Shown here in pieces: positions 9,543 through 18,927 of a stretch of 64,000 bases of DNA. The stretch comes from an uncultured Anaerolineaceae bacterium (GTDB lineage Bacteria; Planctomycetota; Phycisphaerae; FEN-1346; JAACEH01): NCBI GenBank assembly GCA_964500225.1, contig CAZCOA010000001.1:15978-79977 (forward strand), read 5' to 3'. Position 1 is the stretch's first letter. Each line of letters begins with the position of its first letter. The translations under genes and the position numbers were made by a program. The notes beneath the pieces are model-generated. The model worked only from the letters and a program-made list of their open reading frames with translations. It ran no database searches and had not been told where the DNA came from.

Positions 9543-12500
9543 ATGTTACGTCTGATTCTATTCGCGGGAATGGTTCTGTGGGGTCCAGGGCTGGCGAGGG
9601 CCGTGGCACAGGACGATCAGCCGCCCAGTCCGATGCGTCCCATCGAGTCGAACATAGCGTTGGCGTCCTGGGGCGCCGAAGCCACAGGTGACGGACAACC
9701 GTTCAACCCCGGGTATCCGGCGGCGCAGGCGATTGACGGGACGGAGCGGTCGGCGCTGTTCGGCAGCAAGCCGAACGGGCTGGTGGGCGGCTCGATCAGC
9801 ATTGATCTGGCGATGGTGACGGAAGTAACGGCGATCGTGCTGACGCAGGCGTCGTACGGCAGCCACTGCGACCGGGCGCGGGAGGTGCAGATCCATGTGG
9901 ACGGTCGGAAGGCGGCCACGGTGACGCTGGAGAATATGCCGGGGGTCGCGCAGCGTTTTCCTCTGGCGGCACGCGGCCAGACGTTCCGCATCACGGTGAT
10001 GAGCCAGTACGACGATCCGCAAACGGATTTCGGCGGGTGGAACGAGATTGAGCTGATCACGGAAGAGATACCGGAGGCCAAGTTCGCATTGCCGGAGAGT
10101 TTCCTGCCTCGCGGACCGGCGTTGATCCAGCGGTGCGGTCCTGTGTCGCGGCAGGCGCAGGGCCGGCCTCGTCGTACACGGGGTCACCCGCGGACGCTCT
10201 GGACGGCCGATGAATTGGCCGAGCTGAAGCAACGGGCGGAGGTGGACTCGAATGTGGCAGCCGCCGTGCGACGTCTGACGGCACGGGCGGACGCGCTGTC
10301 GGCGGCGATGCCGTCGATCCCGCAGGCCGGGGCGTCGCCGAGCGCCGAGAACCGCGCGCGGCACCTCGCGGCGGCGCGGGCGGTGGTGGACCTGGCCCTG
10401 GCCGAACGGTTGACGGGCCAGACGCGGTACGGCGATGCGGCGGTGGAGATTCTGTCGCGGTACGTCGAGACGTTCGGACGTTCGACGGCCATCGGCGGGA
10501 GTGTGGCCTCGGGCCTGACAGGCGCGTTTGACGAGCGGAGCGATCTGGCCACGTGGGTGATCTATGTGGCGTACGGGTACGACCTGCTGCACGGCCGCCT
10601 GAGCGCGCAGCAGCGGAGCGAGTTGGGCGACCGGCTGCTTCGTCCGGCGGCGCAGGAGGCGGCCGGGCGCGATCGGCCCTGGGATCCTGTGGGACCGCAG
10701 GCGGCAATCGTGTGGGCGGCGGTGCTAACGGCCGGCTATGCGCTGGACGATTCGGGGCTGATCGACTGGGGCCTGAACGGCCGCGACGGCCGTGGGGGCG
10801 CACCGGCTCTTCTGGAAGAGGGTGTGACCGAAGACGGACTGTGGCGGACACGTCCCTGGCATGGCGCTGCGGATAGCGCGACGGAAGCGATGCTGGTCAT
10901 GGCCGAGTGCGCCTGGCGTAACGGCAAGGATCTGTACAGCCACGGGAACGGGAAACTGCGGCGGCTGCTCGACGGGCCGCTGGAGGTAGCGTACCCGACG
11001 ATGGCGTTGCCGTCGCTGCAGGAGTCCGAAGGTCGGACGCTGCTGTCGCCGCACGTGCCATCGCTGTACCGCTGGGGCTTTACGCGGTACGGCGACGTGC
11101 GGTATCAATGGCTTGCGGCTCATGCATCGGCGGACGTGTCGATACGTCCTGGCGAACTTCTGCCGGGATGCTTCGTCGAATTGCCGCAGGTTGTGGAGGC
11201 CGAGCCACACGGGCCGACCCATCAGGAAGATGAAGGGGTGGTGGTGGTGCGGAGCGGACCGGCAACCGGGGCACATCAACTGCTTGTGTCGTACGGATCG
11301 CGACGGAACGACAACCGCCAGAACCTGCTGGGATTCGACCTGTTCGGATTCGGGCAGTCGCTGATGCCGATGCCCGGTTCGTCGTATGGCAATGATCCGC
11401 GTCGGGAGCGGTGGTATCGCACGCCTGTGGCACATAACACGGTGGTGATCGACGAGCGTCGGCAGGTGCCTGGGCGGGCCTCGTTGATGACGCTGGGAAG
11501 CACGGAGGAGGCGTCGGTGGTTCGGGCGTGGACGGACCGGGCGGCTCCGGGCGTAGGGCTGGACCGGACTCTGGTGCTGACGCGGGACTACGCGATCGAC
11601 CTGACGGCGGCTTTCAGCCGGAATGAACGAACGGTGGACGTGGCCTATCACGGATTCGGCGAGTTGGAGACGTCGGTTCGCCTGTCGCGTCCGTGGGGAG
11701 ACTGGGGCAGCAATCGGCCCGGCTACAGCGAGTTGCGGGACGTTCGGCGCGGGGCGACGGACCTCGCATGGAAGGCCGTGTGGCGGCAGGCGGGCCGGCC
11801 GCCACTGGTGCTGACGGCGCCGGCGTCGGCGGGAACGACGGTGATCACGGCAACGGGATGGAAAGGGACGCGTGCCGTGCCACTGGTGATTCAACGTCGC
11901 CAGGGGCGCGAGGTGGCGATGGCGGCGGTGATCAACCTGAACGCCGATCCGGACTTTGTGACGTCGGTGTGCTGGCTGGAGACCGACAGCGTGAGCACCC
12001 GTGCCCTGAAGATCGAGACGACGCGCGGAGCGGACTACCTGCTGGTCAACTACGCTCCGGGGTTGCGGAGCACGGGAATGATGCGGACGGATGCGTCCCT
12101 GGCGCTGGTTCGGACGCGGAAAGTCAGTCCGGTGTCGTTGCAGGGCGTTTCGGGCGGACTGGACGGCATTTACATGGCGGGCGGCTCGACACTGGAGTTG
12201 CTGGGCGGCCGCATCGTCATCGACGGGGCGGCGCTGGTGGCCGTGGAGCGGACCGAGAACGGGCACATTCTTGTGCGGAACCTGGCCGGCAACAAGGCCA
12301 CGGTGCGCGTGACGGGTCTGGATCTGCCGCCTCTGTGGCAATGCAAGGACATCGGCCGCAACATCCTGGCCGTGGACGAGGCGGGACATGCGATGCCGGC
12401 GGGCCACCGGCTGGATTTCGGTCCGGACTCGGTGTCGATGGTTCTGGAGGCCGGCCAGGGATTCGAGTTCGGGGAGGTGGGCGACTCGGTGTTCGCGCTG

Positions 12501-13094
12501 CGTGCGAAGCGGGACGCACACCAGCGTCTGACGCTGCTGAATCGCGTGCTCCTTCAGCGCATGGTGGCCGAGCAGCAAGCGGATCGCAGCGAAGACGAGG
12601 CGATGCGGAATCCGGTGACGCCGGGGACGGCCGTAGTGATCGAAGCGGAGGCGTTCTCGAGCCAGGGCGGCGGCGCGGTAACGGTGTCGGAGAAAAAGGT
12701 CGGGGCACGAGGCGGAAAAGCCTTCATGGGGTGGGACGACGAAGGGCACTGGATCGAGTGGCTGGTGGAAGTTCCGGAGAGCGGCTACTACCAGATCCTG
12801 GTGAGACATTGCAGCAACGGGGATCAAGCCCGCCGCGGCATCCTGATCGACGGAGTGGCTGAAGGGCTGCCGATCGGGGAGTTTTTTCTGCCGGCCACGG
12901 GCGGCTGGTCGAACACTCGGGACGACTGGCGGCTGACGGCACTGGAGGACTGGCGAATCGGCCGTCGGGCCCTGTTCTACCTGAAGCGGGGACAACACAC
13001 GATTCGCCTGACGAACTTGAGCAATTCGGTGAACCTGGACTATCTGGTACTGGCCTCTCCGGACGTGCCGGCGAATCGGGATGAGTTTCAGTAG
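9543..13094 (+). CDS. Secreted heparinase II/III-like (alginate-lyase superfamily) polysaccharide lyase with N-terminal discoidin-like domain and C-terminal CBM6-like domain
   Basis: Internal ATG 9543 with signal peptide MLRLILFAGMVLWGPGLARA. Central (alpha/alpha) toroid plus HNTVVID beta-sandwich typical of heparinase II/III. C-terminal WIEW..YQI carbohydrate-binding-like segment. Domain calls from memory. Confidence 0.65.
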   Translation: MLRLILFAGMVLWGPGLARAVAQDDQPPSPMRPIESNIALASWGAEATGDGQPFNPGYPAAQAIDGTERSALFGSKPNGLVGGSISIDLAMVTEVTAIVLTQASYGSHCDRAREVQIHVDGRKAATVTLENMPGVAQRFPLAARGQTFRITVMSQYDDPQTDFGGWNEIELITEEIPEAKFALPESFLPRGPALIQRCGPVSRQAQGRPRRTRGHPRTLWTADELAELKQRAEVDSNVAAAVRRLTARADALSAAMPSIPQAGASPSAENRARHLAAARAVVDLALAERLTGQTRYGDAAVEILSRYVETFGRSTAIGGSVASGLTGAFDERSDLATWVIYVAYGYDLLHGRLSAQQRSELGDRLLRPAAQEAAGRDRPWDPVGPQAAIVWAAVLTAGYALDDSGLIDWGLNGRDGRGGAPALLEEGVTEDGLWRTRPWHGAADSATEAMLVMAECAWRNGKDLYSHGNGKLRRLLDGPLEVAYPTMALPSLQESEGRTLLSPHVPSLYRWGFTRYGDVRYQWLAAHASADVSIRPGELLPGCFVELPQVVEAEPHGPTHQEDEGVVVVRSGPATGAHQLLVSYGSRRNDNRQNLLGFDLFGFGQSLMPMPGSSYGNDPRRERWYRTPVAHNTVVIDERRQVPGRASLMTLGSTEEASVVRAWTDRAAPGVGLDRTLVLTRDYAIDLTAAFSRNERTVDVAYHGFGELETSVRLSRPWGDWGSNRPGYSELRDVRRGATDLAWKAVWRQAGRPPLVLTAPASAGTTVITATGWKGTRAVPLVIQRRQGREVAMAAVINLNADPDFVTSVCWLETDSVSTRALKIETTRGADYLLVNYAPGLRSTGMMRTDASLALVRTRKVSPVSLQGVSGGLDGIYMAGGSTLELLGGRIVIDGAALVAVERTENGHILVRNLAGNKATVRVTGLDLPPLWQCKDIGRNILAVDEAGHAMPAGHRLDFGPDSVSMVLEAGQGFEFGEVGDSVFALRAKRDAHQRLTLLNRVLLQRMVAEQQADRSEDEAMRNPVTPGTAVVIEAEAFSSQGGGAVTVSEKKVGARGGKAFMGWDDEGHWIEWLVEVPESGYYQILVRHCSNGDQARRGILIDGVAEGLPIGEFFLPATGGWSNTRDDWRLTALEDWRIGRRALFYLKRGQHTIRLTNLSNSVNLDYLVLASPDVPANRDEFQ

Positions 13095-13106
13095 CGGCGG
13101 GCGAAG

Positions 13107-14372
13107 TCAGGCTGCGGGGCCGTTCGGGCCGGCCGGTCGATGACTGTTGGCCATGGCCCTGGCGATGTCGCCCTCGAAGTAAACGGTCGTCGTGGGGAAG
13201 GCTATGCTGAGGCCGCGAGCCTTGACGGCCCGCATGAGAGCCAGGTTGATGCGTTCAACCACCTGGGTGTGCAGATCGTAGGACGTAGGCTTGGTGAAGT
13301 ACTGAACCAGAATGTCGAGGCTGCTGGCGCCGAAGCCGAGAAAACGGACGAGGCAGGCATCGGGAACCAACTGGCTGTCGGCGGCCAGGATCGCCTTGAA
13401 ATCTTTCAGAAGCTCCTCCATCTGATCGGCCGTGGTCTCGTAGGTGACGCCGACAGTCATACGAACGCGACGGGCGGGCATGGCGGCCTTGTTGTCGATG
13501 ACGCTCTTGGCGACCATGCTGTTGGGAAGCGTCACGAGCGATCCGGTGAAGGTGCGGATTCTCGTGGAACGGAACCCGATCTGCTCGACGGTGCCTTCGA
13601 TCTGGTCCACTTGGACCCAGTCGCCGACGCGGAACGGGCGGTCGGCGAAAATGACGATGCCTCCGAAGAGGTTGCTGAGGGTCTCCTGGGCGGCCATGGC
13701 CACGGCCAGACCGCCGATGCCGAGGCCGGCCAGGAGGCTTCCGACGGAGTAGCCCAGCGTCTGGAGAATGGCGATGAAGACGAGGATGCCGACGAAGGCC
13801 TTGAGGCTCTTCTTGATGATCGGCACGAGTTGGTCGTCGAGCTTGCTGTCGGTGCGGGCGGCCGCGGACAGCAGATAGAAGGATAGGACGTCCACGCCGC
13901 GAAACAGGAGCCACAGGAAGTCGACGGCCGCGGCGACCTTGAGCAGGAGCACTGCGGCGGCGCGGACTTCGGGTGTGGCGACCTGGAGCCCGATCAGGGC
14001 TATGGCGCCAAAGATGCCGACCAGCAGGAGGGCAACGCCCAGGGGCTTGTAGATGGCTTCGAGGATCAGATGGTCGAACTTGAACCGGGTCTTCCTGGCC
14101 GCGGGCAGAAGGTAGTGCTCGAAGACGAAATCGGACACCTTCCTGGCCGCGAGGCCGAGCAGGATGCACACGAAGGCGGCAATATACTGCCAGTACTCGA
14201 TGCCGAGGAACCGGCCGCGAAGCGACTCGGGTGCGTAGGTGCTGACGGCTTCGAAGAGCCTGCGGCCGGCAAGCTCCCAACTGTCGGGCGTCGGCGCAGG
14301 GGCAGCGGGCAGAATCGGTTCGGACTGAGCCAGTACCGAAGCAAACCACAGGCTCACGGGCGGAACCCCCAT
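13107..14372 (-). CDS. Small-conductance mechanosensitive channel (MscS family)
   Basis: TM helices followed by the MscS beta-domain motif (GSVLTLPNS, FRVGDWVQV). Start placed at MGVPPVS (GGAGG 7 nt upstream) rather than the track start 14420. Confidence 0.85.
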   Translation of the reverse strand: MGVPPVSLWFASVLAQSEPILPAAPAPTPDSWELAGRRLFEAVSTYAPESLRGRFLGIEYWQYIAAFVCILLGLAARKVSDFVFEHYLLPAARKTRFKFDHLILEAIYKPLGVALLLVGIFGAIALIGLQVATPEVRAAAVLLLKVAAAVDFLWLLFRGVDVLSFYLLSAAARTDSKLDDQLVPIIKKSLKAFVGILVFIAILQTLGYSVGSLLAGLGIGGLAVAMAAQETLSNLFGGIVIFADRPFRVGDWVQVDQIEGTVEQIGFRSTRIRTFTGSLVTLPNSMVAKSVIDNKAAMPARRVRMTVGVTYETTADQMEELLKDFKAILAADSQLVPDACLVRFLGFGASSLDILVQYFTKPTSYDLHTQVVERINLALMRAVKARGLSIAFPTTTVYFEGDIARAMANSHRPAGPNGPAA

Positions 14373-14533
14373 CACACCACCTCCATAGATTGGACCGTCG
14401 GGCCGCTGTTGCAGGTGCATCCTCTTATAGCGGATTGCTCCGGCTGGGTCAACCGTCGCCCGGTGTGGGTTCCGCGGGGTGCCGCCGCGTTGTCCTTGCC
14501 GGTGGACGTTTGAGCGGCTAAGATAGTCGGCCT

Positions 14534-15658
14534 ATGCGTGAGCTTCGGGTGGTACTAATCATCGACGCGCTGAACGAGCAGGAGTCGGCGGGCAGGCAGT
14601 TGTCGCTTTTGGCGAGCCGCCTGGACCGCAGCCGCTTCGTCACGACGGTATGCGTACTGGGCCGCGGCAACGACGCCCTGGTCGCCAGGCTCCGGCAGTC
14701 GGCTCTGACGGTTCACGTCTTCGACCGGACCCACGGACACGACGCGCGCGTCCTGTACCGCCTGAAAGAACTGCTGGCCTCGAACCGGACGGATATTGTT
14801 TGCACCTGGACACCCGGTGGCGTGTTGTGGGGCCGCCTGGCGGCACTGTGGGCTCGCGTGCCGGTGATTGTGGCGACGGAGGTGGAGACGGCGCCGCGAT
14901 CGTTCGTCGAACAGCGGTTGGAGCGGGTGCTCGCACGGCGGACCGCGGCGATAGTCGCCGACAATGAAGCGACAGCCTCGCGGGCTCGGCGCACGTGTGA
15001 CGAGGACGGCCGCGTGCGGCTCATTCGGCCCGGCGTGGATGTGGAATCGTTGGAGGCCGCCGCGGCGACAGGGCCGTCATGGCCGCTGCCGGAAGTGCCG
15101 CCGGGCTGGAGTGTGGCCGTGACGGCGTGTCCGCTGGTACCGTCGATGGGACTGCTACACCTGGTGTGGGCCCTGAGCATTCTGCGTTATGCCGATCAGC
15201 CGCTGGATCTGTGGATTGTCGGCGAAGGTCCGCAGCAGAGCCGCCTGGCGGAAGAGGCACAGCGGCTCGATGTGGGATCGCGGGTGCATTTTCTGGGATG
15301 GCGCAAGGATCTTACGGCAGTGCTGCGGCGAGCCGATGTGTTTGTGTTGCCCAGCCGGCGAGGTGAATCGAGCTTCGCGGCCCTGGAGGCGATGGCGTTG
15401 GGTGTACCGGTGGTGCTGCCCGACGTCGAGGGGTTGCGGCACCTGACCGACGGCGGCCGCTGCGGGCGACTCATCGAACCGGGGTATCCCAAGAGCATCG
15501 CCGCCGGGATGTTCCAGTCGATTCGCCATGCCGATCAGTCGCGACAGATGGCGGCGCTGGCCAAGGCACACGTTCGGGAGCATTACGCCGCAGACCGGTT
15601 TGTTGCACAGTACGAAGACCTGTTCGCCGCGCTGGCCGAGGCACGGGGTCTGGCCTGA
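14534..15658 (+). CDS. Glycosyltransferase family 4
   Basis: GT-B fold with E-x7-E motif (RGESSFAALEAMALGVPVV). Confidence 0.85.
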   Translation: MRELRVVLIIDALNEQESAGRQLSLLASRLDRSRFVTTVCVLGRGNDALVARLRQSALTVHVFDRTHGHDARVLYRLKELLASNRTDIVCTWTPGGVLWGRLAALWARVPVIVATEVETAPRSFVEQRLERVLARRTAAIVADNEATASRARRTCDEDGRVRLIRPGVDVESLEAAAATGPSWPLPEVPPGWSVAVTACPLVPSMGLLHLVWALSILRYADQPLDLWIVGEGPQQSRLAEEAQRLDVGSRVHFLGWRKDLTAVLRRADVFVLPSRRGESSFAALEAMALGVPVVLPDVEGLRHLTDGGRCGRLIEPGYPKSIAAGMFQSIRHADQSRQMAALAKAHVREHYAADRFVAQYEDLFAALAEARGLA

Positions 15659-15697
15659 TCCGGTCGATCAGAGCAAACACAACAGCAGGAAGGGTGT

Positions 15698-16843
15698 ATG
15701 AGGGTCAATCGCAAGCGTCTGGTGGCCGACCTGTCCCGCCTGGTTCAGATTCCGAGTTGGGAAGAATGTGAGACGATCGCCCGCCACGCGGCCGCGGCGT
15801 TGCGCGAGGCCGGGGCCGTGGAGGTCCACATCGACAAGGCGGGCAACGTGATCGGCTCGCTGGGTCGGGGGGGGCCGGGGCTGCTGCTAAACGCCCATCT
15901 GGACACGGTGCCGCCGGGAGACTATGGGGGCGACCCTTTTAGCGGCAAGCTCTCGGCGGGCAATCTGCTGGGTCGCGGCTCGTCGGACGATAAGGCGGGC
16001 GTGGCGGCAATTCTGGAAATCGTTCGCCATCTTGCCGGCCGGCGGCTGAGGCAGCGGGTGACGTTCGCGCTGACGGTCTGGGAGGAAAGCACCGGCCGGG
16101 GCGAGAACGGTGCGTACCGTGCGGCTCGCGAGTGCGAAGCGTCGCGGTGCATCGTGCTGGAAAGCACGATGCGCAGCTCCAGAAGCATGAACGTCCACGT
16201 CGGGTGCAAGGGCATCGTGAACTTCGCGGTGACGGTACACGGCAAGGCATACCACTCGGCGCATCCGGACAAGGGCGTGAACGCGGTGTACCGAGCGGCG
16301 CGCGTCATCCAGGCTCTGGAGAAGGCGTTCGATCCGGCCACGATGCGGCGGAAGACGTACACCGTGTGGAACTCGCAGGTCGAGTTGTCGGATCTGGCGA
16401 CAGTGACCGAAGTGGAAGCGCGCCAGGGCGTAAACGTGATTCCAGGACGGTGCGAGGTGCTGATCAACTGCCGCCTGCTGCCGGACGGCGACAGTACGGA
16501 GCTGCGTCGGCGGATGGACCGTCTGGCAAGCGAATTGCCGCAGGGGTGGGTGTCCTGGGAGCCGCAACGCGAGATCGTCGGCCACGTGTGCGAGGACCGC
16601 GAGTTGATCGGCGCCTGCCGCGATGCCGTTCGGGCCACGGGGATGCGGCCGACGTGCGAGATTCTTCATGCCCGGACCGACAGCACCATTTTCCACCACG
16701 TCGGAGGGATCCAGTCAGTGGTCATGGGGCCGGGGGACATGGGCATGGCTCACACGAAGAACGAGCACGTGAACATCGAGCACCTGACGCTGGGCACGGA
16801 GGCGGTGCTGCGCGCCGTCGAGGGGTTGGCCTTGGCCGAGTGA
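15698..16843 (+). CDS. M20-family metallopeptidase (ArgE/DapE-like deacylase)
   Basis: HLDTVP, GRGSSDDKAG and HSAHPDKGVNA metal-binding motifs. Confidence 0.8.
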   Translation: MRVNRKRLVADLSRLVQIPSWEECETIARHAAAALREAGAVEVHIDKAGNVIGSLGRGGPGLLLNAHLDTVPPGDYGGDPFSGKLSAGNLLGRGSSDDKAGVAAILEIVRHLAGRRLRQRVTFALTVWEESTGRGENGAYRAARECEASRCIVLESTMRSSRSMNVHVGCKGIVNFAVTVHGKAYHSAHPDKGVNAVYRAARVIQALEKAFDPATMRRKTYTVWNSQVELSDLATVTEVEARQGVNVIPGRCEVLINCRLLPDGDSTELRRRMDRLASELPQGWVSWEPQREIVGHVCEDRELIGACRDAVRATGMRPTCEILHARTDSTIFHHVGGIQSVVMGPGDMGMAHTKNEHVNIEHLTLGTEAVLRAVEGLALAE

Positions 16844-16884
16844 ACGGGAACGGCGTCCAGGGGCCACGATGCCAGGGTGCTATC

Positions 16885-18564
16885 TCAGATGTCCTGCCTG
16901 TAGCGTTGAGCGATGGGCATACGTCGGCCCATGCCGAAGGCACGGCTGGTGACCTTCAGGACGGGAGCGGCCTGGCGGCGTTTGTACTCGGCCCGGTCGA
17001 TCATCCGCACCATGCGGCGGGCGGTCTCGGCGTCGATGCCGGCAGCCAACAGCCCATCGAGCGGTACCTGCTGCTCGACATACAATTCCACGATACGATC
17101 GACGACGTCGTAGGGCGGCAGGGTGTCCTGATCGGTCTGATTGGGTTTCAGTTCGGCCGTGGGGGCGCGGATCAGGATCGACTCGGGGATGATCTGGCGG
17201 GTGCGGTTAATATAACGTGCCAGGTCGTAAACCATAAGTTTGGGCACGTCGCCGATGGGAGCCAGGCCGCCGCACATGTCGCCGTAGAGGGTGCAATAGC
17301 CGGTGGCCAGTTCGCTTTTGTTGCCGGTGGCCAGGAGGAGCCAGCCGAACTTATTGCTGAGGGCCATGAGGATGGCGCCGCGAATGCGGGCCTGGACGTT
17401 TTCCTCGGCGGCGTCGGGGGCCAGGCCGGAGAAGATGTCGTGCAGCGTCTGCTCGTAGGCGCGGTGGATGGCGTCGATGGGGATGGTTTCGAATCGGACG
17501 CCGAGGTTGGCGGCCAAGCACTTGGCGTCGGCCAGACTCTGAGCGCTGCTGTAGCGTGAGGGCATGGCAACGGCGGTGACGTGGTGGGGTCCGAGGGCCT
17601 CGGCGGCCAGGCAGGCGACCAGGGCCGAGTCGATGCCACCACTGAGGCCAAGGACGACATCGGTGAAGCCGCACTTTCGGCAATAGTCGCCAAGGCCGAG
17701 GACAAGGGCGGCGTGGAGCGACGCGACGCCCTCGCGCGGCAAGGCCTCTGCCGGTACGGCATCGGCGGGGGCCGCAGTCTGCCCTGCCCCACGGCCCGGC
17801 CTCGGCAGATCGACGACGGCCATGTCTTCCTCGAAGTCGCGGCACTGGGCCAACAGGCGGCCGTCGGGGGCGACGGCCATCGAAGCGCCGTCGAAAATAA
17901 GTTCGTCGTTGCCGCCGACCTGGTTGCAGTAGAGGACGGGCAGCCCATGAGCGGCGGCCTGGAGCCGGACGAGACGGAGCCGCGTGGCGTGCTTGCCGAG
18001 GACGAATGGCGAGGCGGAAATGTTGACGACGGCCTGAGCCCCCGCGCGAGCCAGTTCGCGGATGGGGTCTTCCCGGTAGAGGTGGACCATGTCGGGGTCG
18101 TCGGGGTTCCAGATGTCCTCGCAGACGCTGAGCCCAAGCCGAACCCCGTCGATCTCGACGACGACGGCGGCGGGACCGGGCTCGAAATAGCGCGTCTCGT
18201 CGAAGACGTCGTAAGTCGGCAGCAAGGTTTTGAACTTGCGCTGGACGACGCGTCCATCGTCGAGCAGGGCCAGGGCGTTGTGGAGCGGCCGCCCGACGCC
18301 GGAGGCGTTGCGATCCACGTAACCGACGACGGCGGCCATGCCGTGGGTTTCGGCGGCCAACGACTCCAGTGCGGCAAGGTTGGCCTCGACGAGTCCGCCC
18401 TTCAGGAGGAGGTCGCGGGGCGGATAGCCGACCAGGGCCAGTTCGGGAAAGACGACGAGTCGCGCCCCCTGGCGGCGGGCGCAGGCCATGTGGCGGCGGA
18501 TCATCTCGGCGTTGCCGGGAATGTCGCCGACGGTGGGGTTGGTCTGGGCCAGTGCGATCTTCAT
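16885..18564 (-). CDS. nadE: Glutamine-dependent NAD+ synthetase
   Basis: N-terminal CN-hydrolase domain (MKIALAQ..FPELALVGYPPRD) followed by an NAD-synthase PP-loop domain (GLSGGIDSALV). Start at MKIALAQ. Confidence 0.9.
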   Translation of the reverse strand: MKIALAQTNPTVGDIPGNAEMIRRHMACARRQGARLVVFPELALVGYPPRDLLLKGGLVEANLAALESLAAETHGMAAVVGYVDRNASGVGRPLHNALALLDDGRVVQRKFKTLLPTYDVFDETRYFEPGPAAVVVEIDGVRLGLSVCEDIWNPDDPDMVHLYREDPIRELARAGAQAVVNISASPFVLGKHATRLRLVRLQAAAHGLPVLYCNQVGGNDELIFDGASMAVAPDGRLLAQCRDFEEDMAVVDLPRPGRGAGQTAAPADAVPAEALPREGVASLHAALVLGLGDYCRKCGFTDVVLGLSGGIDSALVACLAAEALGPHHVTAVAMPSRYSSAQSLADAKCLAANLGVRFETIPIDAIHRAYEQTLHDIFSGLAPDAAEENVQARIRGAILMALSNKFGWLLLATGNKSELATGYCTLYGDMCGGLAPIGDVPKLMVYDLARYINRTRQIIPESILIRAPTAELKPNQTDQDTLPPYDVVDRIVELYVEQQVPLDGLLAAGIDAETARRMVRMIDRAEYKRRQAAPVLKVTSRAFGMGRRMPIAQRYRQDI

Positions 18565-18927
18565 GCAAGTCTGCCTTTCGGGGGGCAATCTTAAGGTCCG
18601 TCGGGGAGAGGGTCAAAGCAATTTGTCGGTCCGGCCGGACAGGGGCCGCGAACCCCCTGCCTCAGTCGCGCAAGACCGTGTCGGGGCCGCGAAAAGCACG
18701 TCGAAAACCTTTGCAAAAAAAGGGGTGTTTTGATAGTCTGTAAAGATGGTTTTTCGCGAGGGCGCCGCCCGTAGGGGACCTCGGAAAACAAGGGTATTTT
18801 CTGCCGATCGGGACCCACAGCCGAGATCCTTTCGGCCACGCGTCTTGGCCCCTTCGACGAGCGCCGGACCGGACATGGTCCGGAGGGGCGCGCCTGATTT
18901 CTGCCACCAGGGAAGGCGAGGACAGTC

